A program made the translations under genes and the position numbers. Below are positions 38,936-51,814 of a stretch of 64,000 nt of DNA, one piece after another; the first letter of the stretch is position 1, and the number at the start of each line of letters is the position of its first letter. The stretch comes from Heterodontus francisci (Eukaryota), in NCBI RefSeq assembly GCF_036365525.1, contig NC_090394.1:15748528-15812527 (forward strand). Reading direction: 5' to 3'. Under the pieces are notes generated by a model. It ran no database searches. It saw nothing but the letters and a program-made list of their open reading frames with translations, and was not told the origin of the DNA.

Positions 38936-39254
38936 GCGGCGCAGTGGTTAGCACCGCAGCCTCACAGCTCCAGGGATCTGGGTTCGATTCTGGGTACTGC
39001 CTGTGCGGAGTTTGCAAGTTCTCCCTGTGACCGCGTGGGTTTTTGCCGGGTGCTTCAGTTTCCTCCCACAGCCAAAGACTTGCAGGTGATAGGTAAATTG
39101 GCCATTGTAAGTTGCCCCTAGTGTAGATAGGTGATAGGGAATATGGGATTACTGTAGGGTTAGTATAAATGGGTGGTTGTTGGTTGGCACAGACTCAGTG
39201 GGCCGAAGGGCCTGTTTCAGTGCTGTATCTCTAAAATAAAAAAATAAAATAAAT
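38936..39254 (+). mobile_element. HE1/V-SINE-like SINE, copy 4
   Basis: GGCGCAGTGGTTAGCAC head, B box, V-domain-like core, (TAAAA)n tail. Confidence 0.9.
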
Positions 39255-39701
39255 ATCCGTAAAGTCAAAATATATTCAGGTTGCTTATGTAAAAGCTGTA
39301 GCAGCAGTGTAAGGTGCCATGGTATGATAAATATGAGCTCACATGGCAATTTTCCACTTCTTCAGCTCCCAGAAAGTCTCCCTGGGGGTAATATCAAATA
39401 GATAATCAGTTTAGCGAGGAAAACAACCAATTAAGTCAACTGTACTGCCCATGTATACTGACAGAAGCCTACATTAAGTCTAGGAAACCCGACTACTTCA
39501 GTCAAAAGAATGGTGCATTAAGAATGTGGGGATGGGAGAAATATGTAGCTTGTTTAATAATTTGAAACAATGTAATTATTTGTTTTACAGCACAGAATAA
39601 TCAAGTCATGATCAAACTATACCATGATCAAACGAAACTATAACAGACATTGCTAACATTTAGCATCAATTTTTTTCCTAGCATTTTGTACAGGCATTTA
39701 C

Positions 39702-39790
39702 CTGACCAAGCGAAGAGAGTCTTTTCGAATATTGACCAAACTGCGTAAGGTCTTCACAGGCTCGTGAGCAGCTGGCGTCACGTATGGAAA
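39702..39790 (-). CDS. MGRN1: MGRN1 coding exon 3 (89 bp); absent from ORF track
   Basis: Manual translation FPYVTPAAHEPVKTLRSLVNIRKDSLRLV(R). Acceptor TCTTAG|TTT, donor AG|GTAAAT; phase 0 in, phase 2 out, fitting the neighbouring exons. Confidence 0.95.
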
Positions 39791-40234
39791 CTAAGATTTA
39801 AAAAATGTCGTATCAATAGACAAACCCAACAGTGTAAAGCAAAAACATAAAATTCAAGATAATAAAGAAAACTGTTGGGGGTATCTAGTTATAGGTTGCA
39901 TGGATTTTCCGCCTCCTGTCTATAGGGAAGGAAGAAAAATTCTGCAGGCACAGCATCACAAAATCAATAATCTCATTTGACAAATGCAAGTTTAGATAGA
40001 TGCGTATCAAGTAAGGCTCTGTTTATACCACTGTTTATAAACGTCATTTAGGCCAAAGGCAGAAAAGCTGGGCAGTGCAGTAAAATAATAATCTCTACAC
40101 ATGTCCAAAATGCAAATTTTATTAGCTTTTAATTTTAGCTTACTAATGCAGAAAATCAATGAAAAGCATCTGTTTTCCAGAACTGTGCAAGTAAAAATTA
40201 GCACATTACAAACAAATAAAGTAAGAGAACTTCA

Positions 40235-40920
40235 ATAAAGGTAGTGCATTCGATATTTTGTATATAGATTTTTGAAAAGCTTTTGATAAAGTTTTACATA
40301 ACAGATTCGTTGGCAAAATTAAAGTCCATGGGATTAAAGGGCAGTGGCAGTGTGCACACAAAATTGGCCAAGGGGCAAAAAGCAGAGTGTTGTGGTGAAG
40401 AGTTGTTTTTCAGACTGGAGGGAAGCAGATAGTGTTATCCCCCAAGGGTCAGGATTAGGACCACACCTCTGTCTGATATAATGACCGAGCCTTGGGCATA
40501 ACTTCATAGTTTGCAGATGACACAAAATTCAAATGTAAAAACTGTGAGGAACACAGGAGCAGACTTTCAAGAGGGCACAGACAGACTGGTGAAAAAGGTA
40601 GAACACAGCAGATGAAATTTAATGCAGAGAATTGAGAAGTAATGCATTTTGGAAAGAAGAATGAGGAGAGGCAATATAAACTGAATAGTACAATTTTGAA
40701 GGGGATGAAGGAACAGAGACCTGGGGATTTACATACACGTCTTTGAAGGCAGCTTGACAAGTTGTTATGGCTGTTAAAAAACGCATATCAGATCCTGGGC
40801 TTTATAAATAGAGGCATAGAAGAAAAGCAAGGAAATTCAGCTAAACCTTTAAAAATCAATGATTAGGCCGCAGCTGGAATATTGTGCCCAATTCTGGGCA
40901 CCACAATTCAGGAAGGGATA
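40235..40920 (+). mobile_element. CR1 RT fragment
   Basis: YIDF*KAFDKV, IPQGSGLGP, FADDTK. Confidence 0.75.
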
Positions 40921-41316
40921 TCATTGTCATTTCCTAAGCAAAGGAAATAAATAAATTATTGTGCAATTCCATTACACACTCATGCCTTACTAGAAACGGT
41001 GGAACTGTACATGCAAATGGAGAGCAGCAGACTCATTGATATTCGGTGTTGAGATACCATTCAGCAATGGCAGCTAAGGCAAGGAACAGAACTCAGTTTC
41101 AGCCTTGGCATGAAAAGCACTTGTTATTGCCCCCAGTGTAATAAATTGACAATGATGCCGTTAGTTCAAAATACAAATGGTTTGCAAGCTGGAAGTGGTT
41201 AGCATTTTACTACGTTTTACCATTTTGAGTAGGTCCAAAATATTACATATATAATTTTGTAAAATCACATGGCATAAATGCTGAAAGGAATGCTCACTGC
41301 TGTACTGCAGTATTAA

Positions 41317-41640
41317 ACAAAGACTTGCATTTATACAACACCCTTCATGACTACAGGATGTCCCAAAAACACTTTACAGCCAATGAAGTACAAAGAACTG
41401 CAGTCACTGCTGTAAAAAAAAAGCATCAAATCTGCGCACAGCAAAATCCCAAAAACAGAAATGTGATAAATGAACAGTTAACCTGTTTTAGTGATTTGAT
41501 TGAGGGATAAACATTGCTAAGAATTCCCTTGCTCTTCTTCGAAATAGCATTATGGGATCTTTTGCGTTCACCTGAGATGGCAGATGGGGCCTCGGTTTAA
41601 CATCTCTTGTGGAAGGGCAGCACCTCCACCCGCACAGCAC
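41317..41640 (-). mobile_element. Deu-SINE (SacSINE1/AmnSINE-like)
   Basis: Minus strand GGAGGTGC..GTTAAACCGAGGCCCC..CAGGTG..AAAAGATCCCAT..TATTTCGAAGAAGAGCAAGGGA matches the recalled Deu domain; L2-like tail TATAAATGCAAGT. Confidence 0.75.
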
Positions 41641-44298
41641 TTCTTCTTCTTTGGCCTCCTTGTCTCGAGAGACAATGGGTAAGCGCCTAGAGGTGATCAG
41701 TGGTTTGTGGAGCAGCGCCTGGAGTGGCTATAAAGGCCAATTCTAGAGTGACAGACTCTTCCACAGGTGCTGCAGATAAAATTGGTTCTCAGGACTGTTA
41801 TGCAGTTGGTTCTCTCCTTGCATTTGTCTTTTTTCCTACCAACTGCTAAGTCTCTTCGACTCGCCACTCTTTAGCCCCGCCTTTATGGCTGTCCGCCAGC
41901 TCTGGCGATCACTGGCAACTGACTCCCACGACTTGTGGTTAATGTCAAAGGACTTTATGTCATGTTTGCAGACATCTTTAAAGCAGAGACATGGATGGCG
42001 GTTGGTCTGATACCAGTGACAAGCTCGCTGTACAATGCATCCTTGGGGATCCTGCCATCTTCCATGCGGCTCACATGACCAAGCCCATCTCAAGCACCGC
42101 TGGCTCAGTAGGATGTATATGCTGGGGATGTTGCCCACTTCGAAGACTTCTGCGTTGGAGATACGGTCCTGCCACCTGATGCCAAGGATTCTCCGGAGGC
42201 AGCAAAGATGGAATGAGTTGAGACGTCACTCTTGGCTTACATACGTTGTCCAGGCCTCGCTGTCGTAGAGCAAGGTACCGAGGACACAGGTTTGAAACAC
42301 TCGGACTTTTGTGTTCCATGTCAGTGCACCATTTTCCCACACCCTCTTGACCAGTCTAGACATAGCAGCAGACAACAAGCCTTTCCCATGCGCTTGTTGA
42401 TTTCTGCATCGAGAGACAGGTTACTGGTGATAGCTGAGCCTAGGTAGGTGAACTCTTGAACCATTTCCAGAGCGCGCTCGTCGATATTGATGGATGGAGC
42501 ATTTCTGACGTCCTGTCCCGTGATGTTCGTTTTCTTGAGGCTGATAGTTAGGCCAAATTCATTGCAGACAGCCGCAATCCTGTCAATGAGTCTCTGCAGA
42601 CACTCTTCTGTGTGGGATGTTAATGCAGCATCATCAGCAAAGAGGAGTTCCCTGATGAGGACTTTCTGTACTTTGGTCCGCTCTATGACAGGCAAGGTTG
42701 AACAACCTGCCATCTGATCTTGTGTGGAGGAAAATTCCTTCTTCTGAAGACTTGAATGCATGTGAGAGCAGCAGGGAGATTATGATCCCAAACAGCGTAG
42801 GTGCAAGAACACAGCCCTGTTTCACGCCACTCAGGATAGGAAAGGGGTCTGATGAGGCACCGCTATGCTGAATTGTGCCTTTCATATTGTCATAGAATGA
42901 GGTGATAATATACTTAGTAGCTTTGGTGGACATCCAATCTTTGCTAGTAGTCTGAAGAGACCACGTTTGCTGATAAGGTCAAAGGCTTTGGTGAGATCAA
43001 TGAAAGCAACGCAGAGGGGCATCTGTTGCTCACGGCATTTCTCCTGTAGCATGTCAATGGTGGATCTCTCTGCTTGAAAGCCACACTGTGCCTCAGGGTA
43101 GACATGCTCAGCCAGCTTCTGGAGTCTGTTTAAAACAACATGAACAAAGACTTTTCCCACTATGCTGAGCAGGGAGATTCCACAGTAGTTGTTGCAGTCA
43201 CCGCCGTCACCCTTGTTCTTATAGAGGGTGATGATATTGGCATCGCACATGTCCTGTGGTACTGCTCCCTCTTCCCAGCACAGGTAAAGCAGTTCATGGA
43301 GTGCTGAGAGTATAGCAGGCTTGGCACTCTTGATTATTTCAGGGGTAATGCAGTCCTTTCCAGGAACCTTTCCACTGGCTAGAGAATCAATGTCCTCACT
43401 GAGTTCCGATTTTGTTGGCTGTTCATCCAGCTCATCCATGACTGGCAGAGACTGGGCTGCATTGAGGGCAGTATCAGTGACAACATTCTCCCTGGAGTAC
43501 AGTTCTAGGTAGTGCTCTACCCAGCTATCCATTTGCTTGCATTAGTCAGGTATCGTTTCCCCTGATTTAGACTTGAGGGGGGCGATCTTCTTGATGGTTG
43601 GCCCAAAAGCTCTCTTAATGTCATCATCCATTCCTCTGATGTTTCCGGTGTCTGAGACCAGCTGAATACGACTGCATAGGCGTTGCCAGTAATCATTTGC
43701 ACAGCGCCTGGCTGTTCTTTGTGCAGCGCTTCTGGCTACTATAAGTGCTACGGATGTTAACTCGCTTGGGGATTTCCTGTAGTTCAATAGTGCAATGCGC
43801 TTAGCGGCTATGACAGGTTCCAGCTCTTCAAAGTGAGATTGAAACCAGTCTGCATTCTGCTTCTCACATTTGCCAAAGGTGGCAATTGCTGAATCATAGA
43901 TGGCATCTCTGATGTGGGCCCACTTCATCTCTGCATTCCCTGTAGGAGTGTTTTGAAGGGCTTTTACGAGTGAATTTAGAAACTTATGTAACAGCTGTGG
44001 ATAGGAAATTCTGTTAGTGTTGATGCGCAGGCATCACTCTGCTTGGAGTGATGTAGCTTCTTTAGTTTGAGTCTAACTTTGCTGCACACCAGGGAGTGGT
44101 CAGTGTTGCAGTCCACACTGCGGAAGCTGCGTGTGATTTGGACACTGTTTATAGAGACTCACCTTGTGACGATGAGGTCCAGCTGGTGCCAATGACGTGA
44201 TCTTGGGTGTCTCCATGAAACCTGGTGAGAGGGCTTAGCATGAACGAACGAGTTGGTGATGCAGAGGTTGTGATAGGTACACAACTCCAGCAGTCTCA
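41641..44298 (-). mobile_element. RTE-clade LINE, 5'-truncated, degenerate
   Basis: SWRHPRSRHWHQLDLIVTR, DHSLV, NNYCGISLLSIVGKVF, EAQCGF, AFIDLTKAFD, GVKQGCVLAPTLF, LLFADDAAL; (GAA)n tail at 41641. Confidence 0.9.
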
Positions 44299-44709
44299 GT
44301 GGTAAAACTACTACAATTGGCCTCAACAACCTAGACTAAGAGGAGGAAGGAAATCTGTTGGGGCTCCACTCCTGATTGCTATCCAATGACACCTGGTGAA
44401 AAGTGCTTGTGTATGGATATCAGTTGAATAGCCTGCCAATTCACCATCTGGGTTCACATTTGAATAAAAGTCACTTAAGTGGAATATCAGTGTGGCTGGC
44501 AACAGTTATACTGTATGCCAATATGAATCAGCAGCTGAAGAACAGGGGAGAATTTCCTTTTTTTTAAAAAAATGAACTTCACAATTTCTCCCAGTACTTC
44601 ATAAATTCATGCCCAGTCCAACTTTACTGAACTCGCAATGGTGGTGACAAACAGGAACCAAATCATCTGAATTTTATTAATTACCCAGTTGTTCCCATTT
44701 TCTACTGCA

Positions 44710-45057
44710 GGGCGGCACAGTGGCGCAGTGGTTAGCACTGCAGCCTCACAGCTCCAGGGACCCGGGTTCGATTCCGGGTACTGCCTGTGTGGAGCTTGCA
44801 AGTTCTCCCTGTGTCTGCGTGGGTTTTCTCCGGGTGCTCCGGTTTCCTCCCACAAGCCAAAAGACTTGCAGGTTGGTAGGTAAATTGGCCATTATAAATT
44901 GTCACTAGTATAGGTAGGTGGTAAGGAAATATAGGGATGTTTGGTAGGAATATGGGATTAGTGTAGGATTAGTATAAATGGGTGGTTGATGGTCGGCACA
45001 GACTCGGTGGGCTGAAGGGCCTGTTTCAGTGCTGTATCTCTAATCTAATCTAAAAAA
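44710..45057 (+). mobile_element. HE1/V-SINE-like SINE, copy 5
   Basis: Full head GGGCGGCACAGTGGCGCAGTGG, B box GGTTCGATTCC, (CTAAT)n tail. Confidence 0.92.
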
Positions 45058-45929
45058 TGTATAAATCATCCTCAATAGACTTCAACTGTTCAAATACATT
45101 GAAATGAATAAATTGGTAGGAAAACATCCTATATAAAAAGGTAGGCATAAAACAAATGCACAGTAACTGCTGGTACTATCTTTTTAAAGAAACTTGAAAT
45201 TTCTAATGTGCTTCCATGATGACTCAGACTGTAAACTTCTGAAATCCAATCACAGAGCAAAGATGAAAAACCGTCCTTCAGATACTACTGATAACCTGTT
45301 TTTTGTCTGGAAATAAGAATGGGAGGCTCATTCATTGCGTCAGTGATTTACACTATGAGTTTGCCAACACTTCCCTGTTGTAGTTGGCAGTAAACATGAA
45401 AATTACTGAACTCACAAGCAATGAGTACTCAAATTATGAACAGGCTTCTGAAAGCAGCAAAATCATTACCTCCAATACTAAGCAAATGCACAGACACTGG
45501 AAACAAAAGAGGCAAACAAATGTGACTGCTGTCAGACTGAGCAGCTGAAGTACCCCTGCTTCCCTTTCTATAGAAAATGAGTCAGTTTTGCCACTACGCA
45601 TCTGTACAAAGCTTCCCCAATCATTGGAAAAGTTGCAGGGTTCAAACTAAGTAACGATAATGGAACAATTTTAACAACTGTTCTTACCACTTGTGTATAT
45701 TCAATTATAATTATTCACCTACAGTGACAAGATAAATGCTCATTGCCAGGAACTGCCACTTTTCAATTGCTGCCGCACACCTGCCTCCACAACATTAAAG
45801 CCTTCTCTGGTACATCATCAGGTTGTTTCCACTCCTACCTGTTCCAATGAAGCCAGCACATCTTCCAAAATAGCTTCTCATTCCACCCCAGATTATCAGC
45901 ATTGATATGGCCGAAAACTCCATTCCTGG

Positions 45930-46790
45930 TTCTTTCCTTTTCTCTATCTTTATGCTGTCCCTTGGTGACATCATTTGCAGACGTGGGGTTAGATTTCAAA
46001 CATACTGATGACATTTACCAGCTGACAGCAAAAATTTCCTTCAGTCAAGGAATGTAAAATTAAAACCATCCCATTCAACTTGTGCCAAAAATTCAACTGT
46101 CAATTCTTTTCCTCAACTCCACCCCTATCACTGGTAGCTCATTCAGGCTAAGCCCAATGGTAAGTATTTTGGCACCCTATTCAATCTCCACCAAAATCAC
46201 CTCCAAGTATAATCCATCTTCATTCCTACCTTACTCACTGATGCCACTGAAACACTTACCCATGTCTTGTCACCTACAGACTCTTCCGGGCTTCACAAAG
46301 TCCATCCTTAAAAAAAAACTCCTCCAAAATCTCTGCCCAATATCCTTTCTTAACACAACTTCAAATTACCCTGTCAGGTTTAATCTTCATCAGCTATCCT
46401 TCAACACAATCTCAAAATCCTTCTCATCATTCACAAGTCCTTCCATGGCCTCTCTCCACCATATTTTTGTAACTTGCTCCAGCTCCATGTTCCTATACGC
46501 ACCCATTATTCTTTTGGCTCTGGCTTCGTTTTCATCACCCTCTGAACCTCATTTGGTCACAGAGCATTCAGTTTTCTTGACTCCATTCAGGTACTCTCCC
46601 TAAAACCCACCACCTTGACACCTACCTCTCTCCTTCAAAAGCCTTCTCAATACCTCTCTCTTCAATTATGCCCTTGTTCACCATAATCCTTCTCCCACCA
46701 CTGCTCAGTGTTTGTTTCTATTTGCCCCTCTGAGCACCATGAAATGTTTTATTATAGTAAAAGCACTATACAAGTGCAAGCTTTTGTTGT
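45930..46790 (+). mobile_element. Old L2 LINE fragment
   Basis: LFSIFMLSLGDIICRRGVRFQTYTDD-like RT remnant near 45940-46020 and L2-like 3' end CTATACAAGTGCAAG. Confidence 0.55.
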
Positions 46791-46993
46791 TGGTTATGAG
46801 TCTGTATTTATTTGTATTTGGAATGAAACTGGAAGGAAAGGATTTAATTCTTTAATTTAAAGATGAAAAGAGAAGTGGATTCAAACAACAATGTCCTCTT
46901 GTTAGTACAGTGACCCACAAGTTTACTATAGTACATATTTGGCACTGTTAGTTAGTTGCATCAGTTTAATGGTTGGTACTGAATATACAATAC

Positions 46994-47112
46994 CTGTACA
47001 GGGCGGTTTCCCAAGAAATTCAAGTCCATATTCTCACCAAACAGGTATCCCTCAGGATGTGGTGTATCAAACTTCTCACCACCCATGAAGAAATGACTTG
47101 CAAAGTAATTCC
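46994..47112 (-). CDS. MGRN1: MGRN1 coding exon 2 (119 bp)
   Basis: Translates (G)NYFASHFFMGGEKFDTPHPEGYLFGENMDLNFLGNRPVQ, recognised as the MGRN1 N-terminal region and closer to MGRN1 than to paralog RNF157. Acceptor TTCCAG|GG, donor CAG|GTATTG; phase 1 in, phase 0 out. Confidence 0.95.
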
Positions 47113-49284
47113 CTGGAATATCAAACAGTAATCTATTTATTAACAGCACTGTATGAGAAATGAAGTGGAGATAACATTTAATATAATTAATGTAATCGCT
47201 GATATTATTAAATACAAAGTTTTTTCACTTCAGAAATAATTATATTTAAACAACTGCATTATGATATAAATGGGCTGATTCATGCAAAACTCCCAAGATT
47301 GGCTGTTATGGAAACAAGGATTAAACAAATTCATCTATAAAAACGTTTTGAAGCATCCATCACACTTTGTGTGTAATTTCAGATGCCACACTTTGAAGTA
47401 TTGAGTAATTTCATATTTTTTCCCCGAGGTGAAGCCAAAAAGCACTCTGATGTGCAAACATCTCTTACCAAATAGCAATTAAACCAGATTGAACTCTCTT
47501 TATTTGCAGCAATTACACTTTATGGTCTTAAGCATGCAGACAAACTTAAATGCAGCTGCACCTTAGCAGCAGAAGACTACATTGGAGCATTATACCATGT
47601 AATTGCCTGTCATAAAATAGTCAGCTGACTTACTACGCACACCACCACAGGAAAATAACTGATCTTTATAATAAAATTTCAATCAATTACATCCTGCCTG
47701 CTTGTCATTCTTTTCCTTCCTTTTAAATCAGTTAAGTACCCTTACTCTTCCTCATTTGTAGTTTCAGTTTTTCTCCTTTCCGATTAGCTACTTGAGACTT
47801 AAATTTACCAAATATATTGTGCAAAACTTTCCTCTTCGTTCTAATGTTCTGACCAAAAATATTCCAGCAAATAACTAAAATACAGCCACAATGAGGGATC
47901 CTCTTCAAACTATTCCATTCTCCTATAAATATACAATACATTTAAAAGAAAATTAAAAATTCACAATATTACCTTGGTTTCAGCCATGATCTAGTTGAAT
48001 GGCACGACAGGCTCAAGTGGCCGACTCCTGCTCCCATTTCCTATGTTTCAACAACTCGTTTTGCCTCCTTCAACATCCCTGCCCCCCCCCTCCCCCCCCA
48101 CTTCTCAAACATTAAGCATCCAGATATATCCTGCACTATACAAAAAGAATCTTATCCAGCCAGCTGTCTCCTCACCTTTGGGGGCTTAATGTGTCTTCAT
48201 GTAAACCAACAAAATGCCCACGTGCAGCAGTCTCCAATGTGGATGACTATATTTCCCAAGTCACCACTTTTAGCCATAGTTCCAACACATGTACTTTAAC
48301 TATTTATTTCAGCAGCACTTTAACTTTTGGAATGGGGTCTGAGAGTCAAAGATCAATACTGCTGGGTCTGGGGGGGAAGGAGGTGGGAATAAAAGGGAGA
48401 AAGACCCTGAAACTGAGGGGGAAGGAGTGGAACAGAGAACTTTTTGAGGGGGAAAGGGAAAAGGGCAGAAAACTAGCTAAGGATTAGGATCAGAGACATG
48501 CTTGGGGAGAGGGCAGTGAGAGAGAGAGAGAAATTATAGACAGAGAGACCTTTTTCGAGGTCTAACTTGAAAGTAGTTTGAACCAGCCCCCCCACACCCC
48601 ACCCCCAACGCTGGCTTTTGGGCAGGTTGCATGGCCACTCCTCTATTTTGAGCAAATTTCAGGCATAGGTTGAAGGCTGGCCTCAAAAGTATCCTCCAGC
48701 TCACTGTGGACACCATTACAGGAAATCCTGTAAAGCTTGACTGCATTGAACATTTCAAAAGATTTTTTTAAACACAAAATCAGTATCATTCAGCATGGAC
48801 GTATTTTATTTAAACCTAGCAATGAAATTTTAAAAAGCCATTTGATTCAACCTACTGAGTTATGCAAAATAGACATTACTATGCTGGAAATCAGACACAA
48901 TAAAATATCGTATAAAAATTGGTTGCTACTGCTGTAATTGATCATTTTGCAGGTCTCCGGCAGTCATCTTTTATAGCTGTCACCTTTCTGTTCCTAACTC
49001 AACATTGAGAAAATACCCACTTCAAGGGTGAAAAGGTTGGGTTACAGATAGCAATATTATTTAGGATTCTTTTGGCTTGCAAATTATATCAATATTCTAT
49101 TTCTTAAATATTGTATCAAATGATCAAATAGAAAAAAAGTGAAACTGGTGCATGGAGAATTTAATGCCAGGTAAGGAACTGTCCAAGGCATTTAAAAAAA
49201 ATTCTCGATATATGCCTTACGGAAATGCTTGTTAGTAGCCCTCATACTTGTGAACTTGTATCAAACACCGGGACTTAAACATTG

Positions 49285-49565
49285 CATTGATGGAGGTGTC
49301 ATCCATCAAATTAACCATGCATCATGCACCTGTTTCAAGCCAATGTTCACTGATCTTATGGCACTGTGCAAAGAGCAGGGAGTTCTCTTCGTATCCTAGA
49401 CAACATTTTTCCTTCAACTAATATCAAAAGCAGATTTAGTGGTTCTTCATCTTATTGCTGTTTGTGGAATCTTGCTAAGTGGAGAATGATTGCCACATCA
49501 CTTTTCCCCAAAGTAATTCACTGTGTTTAAAGTGCTTTGATACATTTCTGAGAACTGTTAGAAAC
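49285..49565 (+). mobile_element. Old Deu-SINE-like remnant
   Basis: GGAGGTG..ATGGCACT..AAGAGCAGGGAGTTCTC..ATTGCTGTTTGTGG; degenerate match to 41317-41640. Confidence 0.55.
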
Positions 49566-49626
49566 TGTTATGCCGGTCTTTATGTACCAAATTGGGAGGC
49601 ATAAGGACACTGTTAAATTATGAGGT

Positions 49627-50287
49627 TTTTTTATTCATTTGTGGGATGTGGACGTTGCTGGCTAGGCCAGCATTTATTGCCCATCCTCAACTGCCCTTGA
49701 GAAAGTGGTGGTGAGTTGCCTTCTCGAACCGCTGCAGTCCTTGGGGCGTAGGTTAAAGGCCGGCTACCCGACCCGAACCAGACAGGACCCGACAGTGTCA
49801 GGTTCAGGTCGGGTTGCACTTCCAGGTCCGGCATTTGGGCTTGGGCCGGGTCAGACACGCTCCATCACAGATAAGTGGCTCCAATGTTAATTTAATTTTT
49901 GGACTAGAAAGGTGGTTTTGTTAGTTATTTTAAGCTTGTGCAGATCAGTAACAAAGTGAAAAACGGAAGGTAAGTTAACTGATGGTCGGGTCGGGACAGG
50001 CGCGGGAAAAAAATGGAAGGACTCGGCCCGGGTCGGGCTCGGGTCAGATGTGGTTCTGTCGGGCTCGGGTCGGGTTTTTTTTTTTGCAGACCCAAGCAGG
50101 CCTTCAGTGTCGGTACACGTATTAGGAAGAGAGTTCCAGGTTTTTGATCCAGTGACAGTGAAGGAACGGCGATATAGTTCCAATCAGGATGGTGTGTGGC
50201 TTGCAGGGGAACTTGCAGGTGGTGGTGTTCCCATGCATCTGCTGCCCTTGTCCTTCTAGGTGGTAGAGGTCACGGGTTTGGAAGGTA
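49627..50287 (-). mobile_element. 3' fragment of the 920-4147 LINE family, split by a hAT MITE
   Basis: Matches 922-1230 on both sides of the MITE. Confidence 0.85.
49754..50106 (+). mobile_element. Second hAT MITE copy, 353 bp
   Basis: Ends TAAAGGCCGGCT / AGCAGGCCTTCA; 8-bp flanks GCGTAGGT and GTGTCGGT (6/8 identical); same CCCGA/TCGGG repeats as 25817-26260. Confidence 0.8.
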
Positions 50288-51390
50288 CTTCCAATTATCT
50301 TGTTAAGACACCATCAGATTACACAAGCACAGCTCTAAATTCAATATATACTGTTATATACTGTATATAAACTATTAAGAAAACAGTAGTAGCACTGCAC
50401 ATTGTATGTACCAAGTATAAAAGTGGTTACATATTTTTATTTATGAGTTCTGTTGTTAATTCAGGTTTGATAACTGGCCTTTTATTTGCAGTAGAAGCTC
50501 AGGGTATAATCAAGGAATATCGATCGACCTGTCACCCTCCCGCATGTATCTGATCCACTAATTACTGGAATGGAGAGAAGGGCATCAGTGAGCGGTACTC
50601 CTACTCGCATGTTCCACTCTTACCATCCTGTTTGATGAGGTTATTAAAGGAAAGTCCCTACATCTATGACAAATTTGTAACAAAACCCCAAAAATGGATG
50701 GTGGATTCAGTATATTTTTTTCTGTCCACCTCATCACTATAATATTATGTAACGACTGAAAGGTCTTGTAACTGGGCCAATTGGGTTAAATAATCTATCA
50801 TTTTTGTTGGGTTTTCCCATGAAAAACGTCTAGGCACCAAAGACATCTGAGACTAGGGATTAAAATTTGCACCAAATGGCTGTAAAGTGCAACACGTAAG
50901 AAAGCAGCTGAAATAATTTGCAGTCAGGTATGGAACTAAGGTTATACAGAAAATGTTGATCAAATACACCTCAGGATACAGACTCTCCTGGACTGCTGAG
51001 CTCTAAAGAGAGGAGGAATGAGAAAAAGAATGAATTATCTGAAAGGCAGATCATGAATGAATAATAAATGTTATGAACTGCAAGCTACAGTTACACTGCT
51101 CACTTGCACTATGAATTTGGAGGAAGGCTGAATTCTGCACATGCGGAGTGATATACACCCGCCTTCGACCTCCAATGAGATTTTTAATAAATCAAAACAG
51201 CTGGTAGTACAGTCAGTTCTTTTCAATCACTGGATGGCAGAGCTTGCTTTTTAATTTTTAAGTTATGTTTGGGGCTTGCTTCACTCTGGCTGCTTTTTCA
51301 CATCAAGTACAGTTACTCATGTTAGACCAGCTCTGCCAGATGGTTTTATTCCCAGCAAAACATCCAGCAAAGATGTGCTTATATCCATTA

Positions 51391-51720
51391 TTTTACTCGT
51401 TTGTGGGATGCGGGCATCCTTAATTGCTAATTTCAGAGGGCATTTAAGAGTCAACCACATTGCTGTTGGTCTGGAGTCACATGCAGGCCAGACCAGGTAA
51501 GGACAGCAGATTTCCTTCCCTAAAGGACATTAGTAAACCAGATGGGTTTTTACAGCAATCGACAATGGTTTCATGGTCACTATTTGACTAGCTTTTTAAT
51601 TCCAGATTTTATTAACTGGAATTAAAATGTCATGATCTGCCGTGGTGGGATTCGAACCCATGTCCCCAGAGCACTGGATTACCAGTACAGTGACATTACC
51701 ACTACGCCACCACCTACCCC
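51391..51720 (-). mobile_element. Second tRNA-headed non-autonomous derivative of the 920-4147 LINE
   Basis: TGGCGTAGTGG A box, perfect GGTTCGAATCC B box near 51648-51658, body matching LINE 4147-3850, then a shortened LINE 3' tail. Confidence 0.85.
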
Positions 51721-51814
51721 ATACCGTGGTTTGTCACTGCGGCAGTGTGAAAGGAAATGAAGCACAGTGCCAGTGCTGTAGTCTAAAAGCAATATAAAAG
51801 ATTATATAAATAAG

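Noticed and set aside
44305-44550. Possible additional old SINE family (similar CTACAATTGG motif near 62510)
   Set aside because: Similarity too short and degenerate to assign by eye.
44689-44908. Recurrent ORFs such as MWEETGAPG.. and ..GTACVEFASSPCVCVGFLRVLRFPP as a gene family
   Set aside because: They are translations of the HE1-like SINE copies.
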